Source of the DNA: Octopus sinensis
Taxonomy: Eukaryota
DNA: 64,000 bases
Direction of reading: 5' to 3'
NCBI RefSeq assembly: GCF_006345805.1
Contig: NC_043005.1
Location: 58,590,001-58,654,000 of the forward strand
Shown here: one piece after another, positions 40,009 through 53,394 of the stretch
Position numbering within the stretch: position 1 is the first letter of the stretch
Layout: every line of letters starts with the position of its first letter
Made by a program: the position numbers and the translations under genes
Notes under the pieces: model-generated
What the model was told of the DNA's origin: nothing
What the model saw: only the letters and a program-made list of their open reading frames with translations
Databases searched by the model: none

Positions 40009-41589
40009 TGTATGTATGTATGTATGTATGTATATTTATATATATATATATATATATATATGTATTATGCTTTCAACAATATCTTTAGATATTTTTAGGT
40101 TGAAATATTAGCTTCTGCTTTAATTTCTTTTTCCTTTCTAGACGTGAACCAATATATTCTTCATAAATTTTTGTTTTAAATATAGTACTGCTGTTGTTGT
40201 TGTTGTTTTTGTTACCATTATTGTAATTGTTGTTGTTATTATCTTTATTAATGGTATTCAATTGCTAGAATTGTCAGAGTATTGGAATATTTGTACAATC
40301 TCTTTCAGATTCCAGATTCGAATCCTGCTGAAGTCAGTTATTGTATTTTTTTTTGGGGGGGGGGGGGGGTGATATTGATAAAATTAGGAATCAAGAAAGT
40401 GCTAAGAATAAAATATCTGGTGTTTGTGCCTACATAAAAATTATAATTATAGTTATTCTTGTCGTTATATATAAATGAGAAAAAGAAAAAAGAAAAACAA
40501 ACAAGATTATAAGCACAAATAATTACAATTTCAAAAGCAGAAAAGAATAAGAAAATCTTCGGAAGCTGTCGGAATGATGTGGCTGTCTCTGATGAGAACC
40601 CAATAAGGTTCAGAAATCAATTAAAGTTCTTTATCATCTTTTTAAGTAGGTGCAGGAGTGGCTGTGTGGTAAGTAGTTTGTCTACCAACCACATGGTTCC
40701 AGGTTCATTCCCACTGTGTGGCACCTTGGGCAAGTGCCTTCTACTATAGCCTCGGGCTGACCAAAGCCTTGTGAGTGGATTTTGTAGACGGAAACTGAAA
40801 GAAGCCTGTCGTATATATGTATATATATATATATAATATATATACATATATATATGTGTGTGTATGTATGTGTGTGTATATATGTTTGTGTATCTGTGTT
40901 TGTCCCCCCAACATCACTTGACAACCGATGCTGGTGTGTTTATGTCCCCGTAACTTAGCGGTTCGGCAAAAGAGACCGATAGAATAAGTACTAGGCTTAC
41001 AAAGAATAAGTCCTGGGGTCGATTTGCTCAATTAAAGGCGGTGCTCTAGCATGGCCACAGTCAAATGACTGAAACAGGTAAAAGAGTAAAAGAAAAGAGT
41101 ATCTCCAATTACAACAATAATAGCTCATCTTTTACAAGTGTCATGAGACAAAAAGAGATAATAGACATAAAATGGATCCATGTGAAATAAAAATGCAGAT
41201 TGCATATTTCACAATAGAAAATGTCTTTTTGACCACCAACTTTCATCAAAAAGGGTTTAACAGGGTTTACTACAGAATCTTACATACCATTATACTGTAT
41301 ATGTTGCTTGTTCACTTGTGGAAATAATACAAGATACAAATTTTAATAATAACAATGAGACTTTATTCCTCTGTTAAATAGTACAGTGGATCAAATAAAA
41401 CATCATAAATCTTGGTGGTTGTATAGTTCATCCATCATTGATTACCTGTGCTCCATTATATTAATTTTAATCTGGTGAATAACAGCAGGAAAATAACATG
41501 ACTCACCTTCATGAAAATTGCTCATCCTTCTTCTTGTAGATGATTTGTTACACCAGTTTATTAAAAAAGAATAGGCTCCAGAGCACATA

Positions 41590-41722
41590 CAGATTGGTTG
41601 TTTGAGAATTTATAGTGCAACGTGATTGGATCTTCAGTCCAAATCCCATGCAATACTCAACCAATCAAAGCACAGTACAACCAACGTTCCAAATTCACAT
41701 GATTAGTAAGACAACCAATCAA
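41590..41722. promoter_or_regulatory. Cluster of four CCAAT (NF-Y-like) boxes; possible promoter
   Basis: ATTGG at 41593 and 41625 (32 bp apart) and CCAAT at 41661 and 41715. All four read CCAATC on their own strand. The sequence is non-repetitive. Confidence 0.35.
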
Positions 41723-41860
41723 CAGATTAGCATGCTGAGCCTCTATCTGTTTAATGTATTCAATATGCCTTTAAGAAAATAGTCTCACTACAAGGGTAAG
41801 GAGGGAAGTGCTTTACCTTTGTTCTTTTTGAGAAATAGAATAAGTTTTACTTCAATTTTG

Positions 41861-42295
41861 TATTTGTTAAGCCACAGTCGAACCAATTCTACTATATGGC
41901 TCAGAAACCTGGACGTTATCAAAGAAGCTTCAGAGGCGGTTGGATGGAACTTACACTCGCCTCCTTATGAGAGCTCAAAATCTCTCGTGGAAACGGCATC
42001 CAACCAAAGTACAAATATATGGAAATTACCACCTGTATCATCTCTTGTGAAAGGTAGAAGAGTCCAGTTTGCTGGACATTGTTGTAGAGCTGAAAACAAG
42101 GTAATTTCTACTCTTCTCCTCTGGAAGCCATCTGCTCGCCATACCAGAGGATGCACACTCTCCTACCTTGATGTAATCTCCAGGAATACAGGCATCCAGC
42201 AACAAGACTTCTGCAATGCTATGATGGACCGTGAAGTCTGGCGTAATATAGTAAATTCCATTGTCTCGACCACGGTCGAACAATAATGATGATGA
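41861..42295 (+). mobile_element. 5'-truncated RTE-clade LINE 3' end
   Basis: Reads ATVEPILLYGSETWTLSKKLQRRLDGTYTRLLMRAQNLSWKRHPTK, then a frameshift near 42023 into LPPVSSLVKGRRVQFAGHCCRAE...MMDREVWRNIV*. A (TGA/GAT)n tail follows. Confidence 0.82.
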
Positions 42296-42705
42296 TTGTA
42301 TTTGTTTGCAAGATTCTTGATGTGAATTCATATGTTGGAATAAATTTTGTTGTGTCTTGGGAAAGTCATTATGTCAATAACAACAACAAACACACAGGTT
42401 CAACATCTCTTCTTTATTGTTAGTCGTTTGGTTAAATATCTAACCGACAAACTAATTGATTATTTGTTTAATGTGCTGATTAAACAATCAATTGGTTGTT
42501 TGTCAGTCAAAGTTCATTCATCGCTGTATTTGACCTTTTCAGTGACATTGACTTTTCCTCTCAATCAAATGTCTGTTCTGTTTCTGTCTGAGAATTGGTC
42601 TTACATCTGTGTGTACGCATACTTGTTTGCTTGTGTGTTAATGTGTGATTGCTTTGAAGAAGAAATGAGAGTGAGAGTAAGAGAAGAGCTTGTGTGTATG
42701 TGTGT

Positions 42706-42751
<46 letters not shown>

Positions 42752-44159
42752 ATGTGTGTGTGTGTAAGAGAGAGAGAGAGAGAGAGGATTGAGAGAGCAA
42801 TGTATGCAATCAAAGTGACACTGGGGTAAAATATACAAAGCCCAATATACCCATCATAACTACCTGTCTGATAAGGGTATACCAGACTCATGCATCACAA
42901 CCATATGTGCACAACATGATCTCATATCAACACAAATAGCTCAAGACCTTGCAGGTGGGGCCCTGTTAGAAACTTCTTCATGTCGAGTTGCTCATCCTAC
43001 TCAAAAGGTCCCTGAATAAGGGTTGTTTCAGGGTTTTGAACGAAACACCCATGTTTCCATAGGAAAATTATTCAAATCCCAAAGAATTCCCCTCAATACA
43101 TGGCTATGATGTTCCCCTACCCATTACTTCTGCTCATGATCAGAGATTCACATACTGTCAGTCACTAAGGGACATGCTCAGCTGGTCATGGTCAAACAAC
43201 TGACAAGCAAATCTGTGGTATTGAGCAGAATATTTACTATAACCCATCTTTTATAATCAAGACAAAGCAATGTACATGATAACACTTCCAATCAGTTACG
43301 ATAAGAAACCATGAGAGCCACAGCCTGGTACTACATTATTATTGTTGTTGTTAGTGGCTTTTCATCTGTCTTTACATTGTGAGTTCAAATTCTGCTGAGG
43401 TCGATTTTGCCTTTCATCCCTTCCAGGTTGATAAAATAAGTACCAGTTGAGCACTGGGGTCAAATGTAATTGCTTTACCCCCTCCCCCAAAATTGCTTGC
43501 CTTGAGCCAAAATTTGAAACCATTATTATTAACATCATTATTATTAATATCATCATCATCATCATCATTATTATAATCATTATTATTATAAAGGAGAGTA
43601 GATTGGTAGAATTGTTAGATTATCAGAAGAAATACTTTGAAGTATTTGTTTCAGTTCTTTCCATTCTAAGTTCAAATCATTTGTCTTTTTATCTTTTTAG
43701 GATTAATAAAACAAAATACCAGTCAACTACTGGGGTTGAGAGTACTGACTAAACACTCCCTCTCAAACCAGCTGCCTTGTGTCTTAATTAGGAATAGTTA
43801 TTAATACTCTTTATTCATTTATTTGTTTCAGTCTTTGACTGTGGCCATGCTGGAGCACCACTTGTGCTGGATGCACAGGTCCTGTTTTCTGTTCGGCTAA
43901 AAATTATCAAACTTTAAACACCTCTCTCTTTGCTCTTTCTCCTTTATTTGTTTCAGTCATTTGACTGTGGCCATGCTGGAGTACCGCCTTTTGTTGAGCA
44001 AATCAACCCCAGGACTTATTCTTTGTAAGCCTAGTACTTATTCTATTGGTCTCTTTTGCCGAATCGCTAAGTTATGGGGATGTAAACATCGGTTGTCAAG
44101 CGATGTTGGGGGGACAAACACAGACACACAACATATACACACACATACATATATATATA

Positions 44160-44212
<53 letters not shown>

Positions 44213-44216
44213 TATA

Positions 44217-44273
<57 letters not shown>

Positions 44274-45798
44274 TACATACATATATATGACGGGCTTCTT
44301 TCAGTTACCATCTACCAAATCCACTCACACGGCTTTGGTTGGCCTGAGGCTATAGTAGAAGACACTTGCCCAAGGTGCCATGCAGTGGGACTGAAGCTGG
44401 AACCGTGTGGTTTGTAAGCAAGCTACTTACCACACTGCCACTCCTATGCCTATATTATATCTTTTTAAAGCTATTGTATTTTGATGTTCTTTATTATATA
44501 AAAGAAACACAGATAAGAATATTTTGATGGCATATATTTTAGCATTTTCCATTGATATGTCTTTTAATGATTCTGGAGACTTGGGAAACATATTCATTAA
44601 TTTCTTTTAGAAATTCTTTTATAATTAATGAATTCTATCACCAGAAACTGATTTTCATCACGTAGCATTTGCGAGGAGAAATTCACCAAGAGAAATTCTC
44701 CAGCAAAATTGCAAACGTAGCCACTACATACTGGGCCATTCCTTGCTGTTTGTCAAATTGTTTCTTATACACCCACACATAGAGACAGACACAGATGTAC
44801 ATATGTGCATATGTATATATGTACGTACGCACATATGTATATATGTATGTATCAGTGGTGCTTACTGTGATGAATAGTGATATCACACATTATTAGAGAT
44901 TGCAACACAGAGACATAGAGTTCAATTAAGCTAAGACAGTAATTATTTATTTATCTGCTTAATTGAGTTATTATTGTCTCCTTCCATACCAACTACTTAA
45001 ATTTGTTTCTCTCTCTCTCTGTTTTCTTTTATTCGGAGGTCTTGTGCTCTTACAGAAGTTGCCTACAATGCAGCATTTGTACTCTATGTCGCTTATTTGC
45101 AGTATTTCATTCAAAGTCACTGCTCTTCTTTCTTCTCTCAGTTTCCATTTCATCTTCCTTCTTCTACTTCATGACAAGGCGCCGCAAGCTACGAAGACAC
45201 ATGCTGGTCTGTTTTGACGCTGTTTGTCAGCTTATTTCTCCATGTATCTAGCATCTTGCAGTTATCTGTGATAGATGATAATATCACAGATTATTATGGC
45301 TAGCAACAAAGAAGCATGAAATTAAATTCAGCTAAGATTATAATTATTTATATATCTAATTAAACTAATTGTGCTATTCTGTCAAACAAGCATGCATAAT
45401 TAGTAGTAACGAGGGTGACCACCCAGCTGCCATCAATGCTATTTTGATAAATATGTCCAGATGCTGTTACTCTAATTGCACCCAGTTACTCTGTTGGTGA
45501 ATAATAGTATATGTCTATGCGATACTTGTGTAGTCCTGACTAGAGTGTCTTGAGATGTGATCTTCAATAGAAATGAAGGCAACCCGACTAGGATAGCAGT
45601 AACTCTGAATGGATTATCTGCATGGATGAGGCATAAAGCAACTTATGAAGGGGTACTGTAACTTTCAATAAAAACTAATACTATGTAAAGAGGAGACTTT
45701 AGACCTCACAGATCATTTAGAGTTAGTGATATTATAGAATACACTCATCATAACTCTATTCATCATTGTTTTGATATCCTCTTTTCCATTCTTCTTGT

Positions 45799-46105
45799 GG
45801 AGACACATGGCCTTATGGTTAGAGCAGCGGACTCGCGGTCAGGGTATTGTGGTTTCGAATCTCAGACCGGGCAATGTCTGTGTTTATGAGCGAAACACCT
45901 AATCTCCACATGGCTCTGGCAGAAAGTAATGGCAAACTTCTGCTCACTCCTTCACCACAACTTTTTCTCACTCTTTCCTCCTGCATCTTGCCGCTCACCT
46001 GCGATGGACCGGCGTCCCGTCCAGGTGGGGAACCTATACACCACGGAAACCGGGAAACCAGCCCTTATGAGCCAGAAATGGCTCAAGAAGGAACAAACAA
46101 CAACA
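45799..46105 (+). mobile_element. tRNA-derived SINE family 3 (tRNA-Arg-like head)
   Basis: A-box tggccttatgg, anticodon-like ctcgcgg, B-box ggtttcgaatct, then ~230 bp of body and a (CAA)n tail. Diverged relatives at ~23570-23830(+) and ~53870-54120(-). Confidence 0.7.
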
Positions 46106-47365
46106 TGCTTCTTGGACGGGTTGGATAATGGTTATTGAAGCACATTTTTTTGTATGGCCAGTTGCCATTAATTTTACCTGCCCTTACCTGTTTCCAAGTA
46201 AGGAAATATTTCTCCATGTCCAGAGGTTTTTTTTACTGAATATTGGGAATGACTGACATTTATTTACAACAATCACATGATGTCAAGACAACACGCCACA
46301 AGCACGCACACGCGCGCACACACACACACAAACACACACACACACACACATACACACACACACACGCACATTTATGTATATACAAAATGCACCCTTCATA
46401 TTTCTTTACTGCCCACAAGTAAAAGAGTAAATGTATAACATTTACTCTTTTACTTGTTTCAGTCATTTGACTGTGGCCATGCTGGAGCACCGCCTTTAGT
46501 CAACCAAATCAACCCCAGGACTTATTCTTTGTAAGCCTAGTACTTATTCTATTGGTCTCTTCTGCCAAACTGCTAAGTTATGGAGATGTAAACACATCAG
46601 CATTGGTTGTCAAGCGATGTTGGGGGGGGGGAACAAACACAGACATATATACACACATACATACATACATACATATACATACATATACATACATATACAT
46701 ACATGCATACATACATGCATACATACATACATACATACATACATACATACATACATACATACATACATACATACATACATGCATACATACACACATATAT
46801 ACAACAAGCTTCTTTCAGTTTCCGTCTACCAAATCTGGCAATGTTTCTACAGCTGGATGCCCTTCCTAACACCAACCACTCATTCCCTTTTATGTTCAGT
46901 TTGTAGACCAGGACAGAAATTGCTGGATAGTGTCCATAGTCTCAGTTGGTCGTGCTTAGGAATCCAGATGGAATGTGTAATGACAATCACTTCTGACAGG
47001 CCCCTATGGAGGCAGTACCTAAGGATTCTATCTCCACAACCATCCCAGGAATAGTGGGTGGCAAAAATGGATGGAGTTTATTATTAGTACAAGTGGGACT
47101 ACAAACCCATATAAACAATCATCCACTGGAACTTAAATTCAATGCTTTAACCATTCTACCATTCTGGTATTACATTTCAAAATCTAAATTTTACAGCAGA
47201 AATCCATTTAAAATTAACAAAATGGTAAATAATATGTTGTTTCTGAATTTTTTTTTTTTTAAATTTCATTTTATCATAACAGATTTCTTGAAAAGAAATT
47301 GTAAAACAGTTAAATTAATTCATTTTACAGTGTTGTATATTATAAAAAATATTTCTTTATGTGTA

Positions 47366-47452
<87 letters not shown>

Positions 47453-47462
47453 TATATAAATG

Positions 47463-47493
<31 letters not shown>

Positions 47494-48894
47494 AACAGTT
47501 CATAGGAGTAAACAATTTAATGAATCTTTATAGAAAGATTATAATAATACATGATAATACAAACAGAAATAATAAATATATATAAAACTGAGGTGGCATT
47601 TAGTCTGGAGTTTTAATCAAAATAAATCAAATAAAAAAAAAACCAATAGCAAGAAAAAATAGATGGAACCGCAAAGACTGCCAGAAACATAAAAAGCAAT
47701 GAAAGTTTCTAAATTATCACCATCCTCACCATCTTCATCATCACCATTATCAAGATTGCTATCATAGTCATCATCATCACTGTCATTATCATCAATGCTG
47801 TTATCATCATCGTCGTCATCATCATTATCAACATTGTCACTATCACCTTGCATAACCATCACCATCATCATCATTGTCATCCTCATCATCATTTTTACGT
47901 GTTCCTCAATGCTTGCATGGGAAGCTTCGGTCTTCTCCATCACAGTGTCTCACCCCTTAGTTGTCGTCTTTTTTTCACCTCATTTCTCATCTGTGGGGTT
48001 TGGCATCTTTAGATTGGCACTTCTTCCCATGTGCTTTTCTTTTATTTTGTTCTCTTATCTCTTCTACAAGTGCCTTTGGACCGCTTGGTAAACTTCCCTC
48101 CATATACACCTCGTCTTCATACAGACTAGCACATTCTCCTCTCTCGCTCAAAACAACTGATTTCTCTTACACCCACTTTGTCATTAATAATTACTAACAT
48201 TACACATTCAGAAAAACACTCTTCATGCTCTGCAAGATGTGTGATAGTTGTAATTATCTTTCTTCCACCTTTCAAACTTCCTTCATGCATCCTTTGTATT
48301 CTCTCTTTTACTCTTTTACTTGTTTCAGTCATCTGACCGCGGCCATGCTGGAGCACCGCCTTTAATCGAGCAACTCGACCCCGGGACTTATTCTTTTTGT
48401 AAGCCCAGTACTTATTCTATCGGTCTCTTTTGCCGAACTGCTAAGTAACGGGGACATAAACACACCAGCATCGGTTGTCAAGCAATGCTAGGGGGACAAA
48501 CACAGACACACAAACACACACACACATATATATATATACATATATACGACTGGCTTCTTTCAGTTTCTGTCTACAAGGCTTTGGTCGGCCCGAGGCTATA
48601 GCAGAAGACACATGCCCAAGGTGCCACACAGTGGAACTGAACCCGGAATGATGTGGTTGGTAAACAAGCTACTTACCACACAGCCACTCCTGCGCCTATA
48701 TTCAGTACCTCTATATAATATCATGCAACATCACACTTTTGGCTGTGTGGTAAGCAGATAGGTGTAGGAGTGGCTGTGTGGTAAGTAGATTGCTTACAAC
48801 CCACTTGGTTCCAGGTTCAGTCCCACTGTGTGGCACCTTGTGCGAGTGTCTTCTACTATAGCCTCAAGCCGACCAAAGCTTTGTGAGTGGATTT

Positions 48895-49110
48895 GGTGAG
48901 CTGGCAGAAACGTTAGCATTCTGGGCAAAATGCTTAGCAGTATTTCGTTTGTCTTTATGTTCTGAGTTCAAATTCCGTCGAGGTCAACTTTGCCTTTCAT
49001 CCTTTTGGAGGGTCGAAAAATTAAGTACCAGTGGCATACTGGGGTCACTCTAATCGACTGGGCTCCTTCCCCAAAATTTTAGGCCTTGTGCCTAGACTAG
49101 AAAAGAATAT
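48895..49110 (+). mobile_element. tRNA-derived SINE family 2 (representative copy)
   Basis: Head gagctggcagaa.cgttagca, B-box gagttcaaattcc, end ccaaaatttcaggccttgtgcct...gaaaggattatt. About 20 copies, e.g. 1325-1520(-), 7155-7375(+), 7770-7980(+), 9995-10200(+), 12470-12650(-), 22770-22990(+), 54125-54340(-), 56765-56985(+), 59805-60020(+), 60095-60320(+), 62710-62880(+). Many abut (ATT)n arrays. Confidence 0.85.
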
Positions 49111-49202
49111 AGAAACATTTCCTATGGCACCAGCACACAATTTACAGATGCTTACATTTTTGAATTTTCCGTGAATTTTTCATGGATCCACCAAGTATAT
49201 AT

Positions 49203-49496
49203 ATATATTAAACTATGGTTGCAGAACAAACAAATATAAGGTCATCCACGTAACATTTCGTATCTCGAACATTTAATCCCATAATGTTTTTTCCTGCACA
49301 TAGAATATGTATTCACACATTTTTCTTATAATTTTTCTTATATGCTTGTATTGATGAGTTGTGTTTCATCTTCTGTGATTTTATGCATGTATATTCTATG
49401 TGAAAGAAAAAGCATTATGTGATTAAATGTTTGAGATATGAAATGTTACGTGGATGACCTTATATCTGTTTGTTCTGCAACCATAGTTTAATATAT
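49203..49496. mobile_element. MITE with ~110-bp inverted arms
   Basis: atatattaaactatggttgcagaacaaac...catagaatatgtat is mirrored by atgtatattctatg...gtttgttctgcaaccatagtttaatatat. Confidence 0.75.
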
Positions 49497-49600
49497 TTGT
49501 CTCATTTAATTGAGCACTTCTATAGCAGTCCTATTAAACATTTTGTTCCTGATAAGAAACAATCACTTTATTATTGATATATATATCTATATATATATAT

Positions 49601-49706
<106 letters not shown>

Positions 49707-49715
49707 TATATATAA

Positions 49716-49746
<31 letters not shown>

Positions 49747-50657
49747 TACACACACATATATATATATATATTATCTACACTATACAGTATTATATATTCA
49801 TTATGGCTGATCTTACCAATTGGTATCGAGTTAGGGATTTGATGAAGTGTTAGGTTACAATCTGATATCACATACCTCTGATGACTGCAGGGTTGCATAA
49901 TCAGATTTTTACCTTAGATTCCATTGAATCCCTAGCCTGAAACCGATGGGTAAAATCGGCTGTGATAGATATATAATACTGTACTCTTTGGATGATATAC
50001 CCACTCTTTTGACAGATATACAAGGGCATCTTTTTACTGACTTATGGACTTTTAGATGACTTTTACACACACACATACACAGCCATCTGATATAAAATCA
50101 CTTTGGGATTCGCTGTGTTAAAATCACAATGAATATCTTAAAGATGAAAATTTATTCTAGCAGCAATCGGTGTGAGCACCAGATGTATTTCAGCCTTTAA
50201 GGGAGCTATTCAATGACATGTACTCACAGCTAGCTATAATTTCAGACAAAAATTTGCCATCTCTGATATTGAGTTTTTAGCACAATATATCCATAAGGGA
50301 TGTTATCTCAGGACAGATACTATAATAACTGGCCTACCAACAGTGTATACATTAAATATGATACATAGATTGCTATCTTAAGTAAATACAGCCTCAGTTG
50401 CATATACCAAATATAACTACATAAATATATAAATACAAGTACTCACACACACACACTCACACTCACACACACACACATGCACACAAACATACAATGCATT
50501 TTTTGTGGCTATTAGGGTCTTTGATTCTTGTTTCTAGCAATGTAGGTGTTACCCTGCACCCTCAATAACTATTAGTGACAATTGAATTATATATATGTAT
50601 ATATTTATATCTATATCTATCTATCTGTCTGTCTGTTTGTCTGCCTGTCTATCTATA

Positions 50658-50697
<40 letters not shown>

Positions 50698-50834
50698 CAT
50701 ATATACTTACATACATACGTACATACATAGCTACATACATACATACATGCATGTGTATAGTTTATAGATTAGAGACAGGTATTTTCTATATAGAATACAC
50801 TTTGTAGTGGTCAAGAGATTTAAACTTGAGCAAG

Positions 50835-51281
50835 TAGAGGAGTAAATGTAATGACAAGCAACTTAGGCAAGTTGATATACAAAGAATATTCAATACATTA
50901 AATACAAAGAATGTACATATGTTTACATATAAAAAGGTCTGAGTTACACCGAATAGAAGTGATATCAGGAATTAAAGAGATTGAATAAGAGTTTTACAAG
51001 TTCAACAACAATTTCTGGGGGCTTGGTAATCCAAAATAATCTTTAAACTCCATTCTGTCAATGTCTCAAATGTAAAGTTTTTCCCTGAAGATGGAAGCTG
51101 GTATTATCCAATGATGGAATCAATTTACACTCATTATTTAGAATCACTAATCCCCCAGAAACAGCTGTAAAACTCTTATTCAACCCCTCTAATTTCTTAT
51201 ATGATTTGTATTCTTTGGAAGTAAGACCGTTTTTATATGTAAACATATGTACCTCGCTTGTCCTCACATTTACTCCCCATA
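50835..51281. mobile_element. Older, diverged MITE / fold-back element
   Basis: gtacatatgtttacatataaaaa...gaataagagttttaca...tttctggggg (50911-51030) is mirrored at 51140-51253. The outer arm ggagtaaatgt..gacaagc is mirrored at 51255-51281. Confidence 0.65.
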
Positions 51282-51289
51282 CATACATA

Positions 51290-52575
51290 CACTGGCGAAA
51301 ATAAATTTAAGACCGATGATAAAAGTTCTATTTCTTACAAAATATTTTGTTCATTGATATAATCGAATAATTGTTTTAGATTAGATGGTTTTATTAGCAT
51401 GGACTTTTTGGAAATATAATTCCACAAGTTCTTAATCAGATTCAGGTCCGGGCTCTGGGGAGGCCATTTGATTATGTCTATTATGGTGATCAAAAAATTC
51501 CATAACCTTTTTGGCTTTGTGCACAGGACAATTGTCCTACTGATAAATAGCTCCTGGAGGCATTTGGTGAGTCAAATATGGCATAACATTATCCTTTAGT
51601 AGATTCATATAACCTACACTATTTAGCTTTCCATCGACTTTAACTAGAGGGCCAACACCAAAGCTACTAAATGCTGCCCACACCATCACCCCCCACCCAC
51701 TTGCGTTGTCTTTTTCACGCATTTCGGATAGAATTCCTCGGTTGGGCGACGCCTGACATATGTTTTACCATCTGATCCAAATATACAGAAGTGTGACTCG
51801 TCACTCCAAAGGAGCCTGCATCAATCTTTGGCAGTAGATTGAGCATGGTTTTTTGTGAAATTAAGGCGTTTGAGTCGATTTTGTTCGGATATTATTGACC
51901 TTTTCCTAGCGATTCGTACATGTAGTCCAAATTCTCTCAAACAGCTGTGGACAGTTTGTAGTGTAAAAATAACACCATCCTTGTTGGACAATTGTTTACA
52001 AATGTCAGCAGCTGTCAGCATTCGGTTGCCTTCCGAAAATTGGTGGATTCCATGGTCCAACTTTGGCAGCGTTTTTCTTGGGGTGCCAGTTCTTTGCCAA
52101 TCTTTATATTGACTAGTCTCTGTATAACTTCCACGCTTGCACGCAAGTCATTTTACTGCACTTTAGTTGCTTGCTGATGTTCAAAAAGGAAACTTTTTTA
52201 CTGGTGGGGTAATATTATTTTTACTCTCGTGACTGTACTGAGGCTACGTTGTTTTCTCATTATTAATCAATTGTATTAGATTATAACGCTATATAGTACA
52301 GTTAGGCTAGTTGTGTGACTGCCCATTTTAGCCAAAAGATTTGCATACATATTACATAGACTTAAACTAATTTTGCCAGTAAATTTGAAACATTTCTATT
52401 AATTTAGCATTAGAATTCAATTTGTATAAAAATAGTCATTGTCTGCATCATTCGAAAGAGAAATAAATTCTGCATAAGGTGTAAAAGATAAAAATAATTT
52501 ATATGGTGTTAGTAACAAAATATTTTGTAAGAAATAGAACTTTTATCATCGGTCTTAAATTTATTTTCGCCAGTG
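51290..52575 (-). mobile_element. Tc1-family DNA transposon (1286 bp) with perfect 62-bp TIRs and a decayed transposase
   Basis: TIR CACTGGCGAAAATAAATTTAAGACCGATGATAAAAGTTCTATTTCTTACAAAATATTTTGTT at 51290-51351, exact reverse complement at 52514-52575, TA at 51288-89 and 52576-77. Minus-strand frames carry RTG.PRKT, TV...LREFGL..RIARKR, LLWSDES, GVMVWAAFSSFGVGPL, Q*DNCPVH and WPPQSPDLNLIKNLW, broken by stops and frameshifts. Confidence 0.92.
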
Positions 52576-53347
52576 TATATACATATATCAGCCATCACCA
52601 TGATTGACTGCTAGCCACTAAATCTTTTTTATTTTCTCACCCTGTTCATTTTCTTGTGTTCCTTTCTGTTGAAGATCGTAGGCTTGAAATGTAAAAGACT
52701 TTCTCACCTTCCTGAGCGTTAAACTAATACACCTGTTTGTTGTTTACCCACCTGTCTTCATCTTTTTTTTTTGTAAATTCCAACTATATATACATACATA
52801 TATACATACATACAAATATATATTAAATATATATACACATACTTACATACATACACATACACACACACACATATATATCATATATATACATATACATCAT
52901 CATTATCATCATCATCGTTTAATGTCTGCTTTCCATGGTGGCATAGGTTGGACGGTTTGACTGAGGGCTGGCAAGCCAGAAGACTGCACCAGGCTACAAT
53001 CTGACCTGGCAAAGTTTCTACAGCTCGATGCCCTTCCTAACACCAACCACTCCAAGAGTGTAGTGGGTGCTTTTTACATGCTACCAGCATGAGGGCCAGT
53101 CAGGCAGTACTGGCATTGACCACACTTGAATGGTGCTTTTTATGTACATCTGACATGGGAGCCAGTCGGGCGTCACTGGCAATAACCATGCTCAAATGAT
53201 GCCTTTTACATGCTACTGGCACGAGTGCCAATCAGGAGGCACTGTCATTGCCCATGACAATGACTTCACTTGACTCAACAAGTCTCTGCAAGCACAGTTT
53301 ATTGCCCAATATATATGCATAAATACACACACACGCACACACACACA

Positions 53348-53394
<47 letters not shown>

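Noticed and set aside
40585-40620. CTGATGA-GAACC caataa GGTTC-AGAAA hammerhead-like core
   Set aside because: The core and stem II are present, but there is an extra A before GAAA and I cannot build stems I and III from the flanks.
45799-45875. Possible tRNA-Arg gene
   Set aside because: It has A/B boxes but no acceptor-stem pairing, and it continues into a SINE body with relatives elsewhere in the window.
47000-47225. 75-codon open plus frame between cag and ATG|gtaaat (part of ORF 47006-47404)
   Set aside because: No similarity to CFAP65 or any family I recognise. It is compatible with chance.
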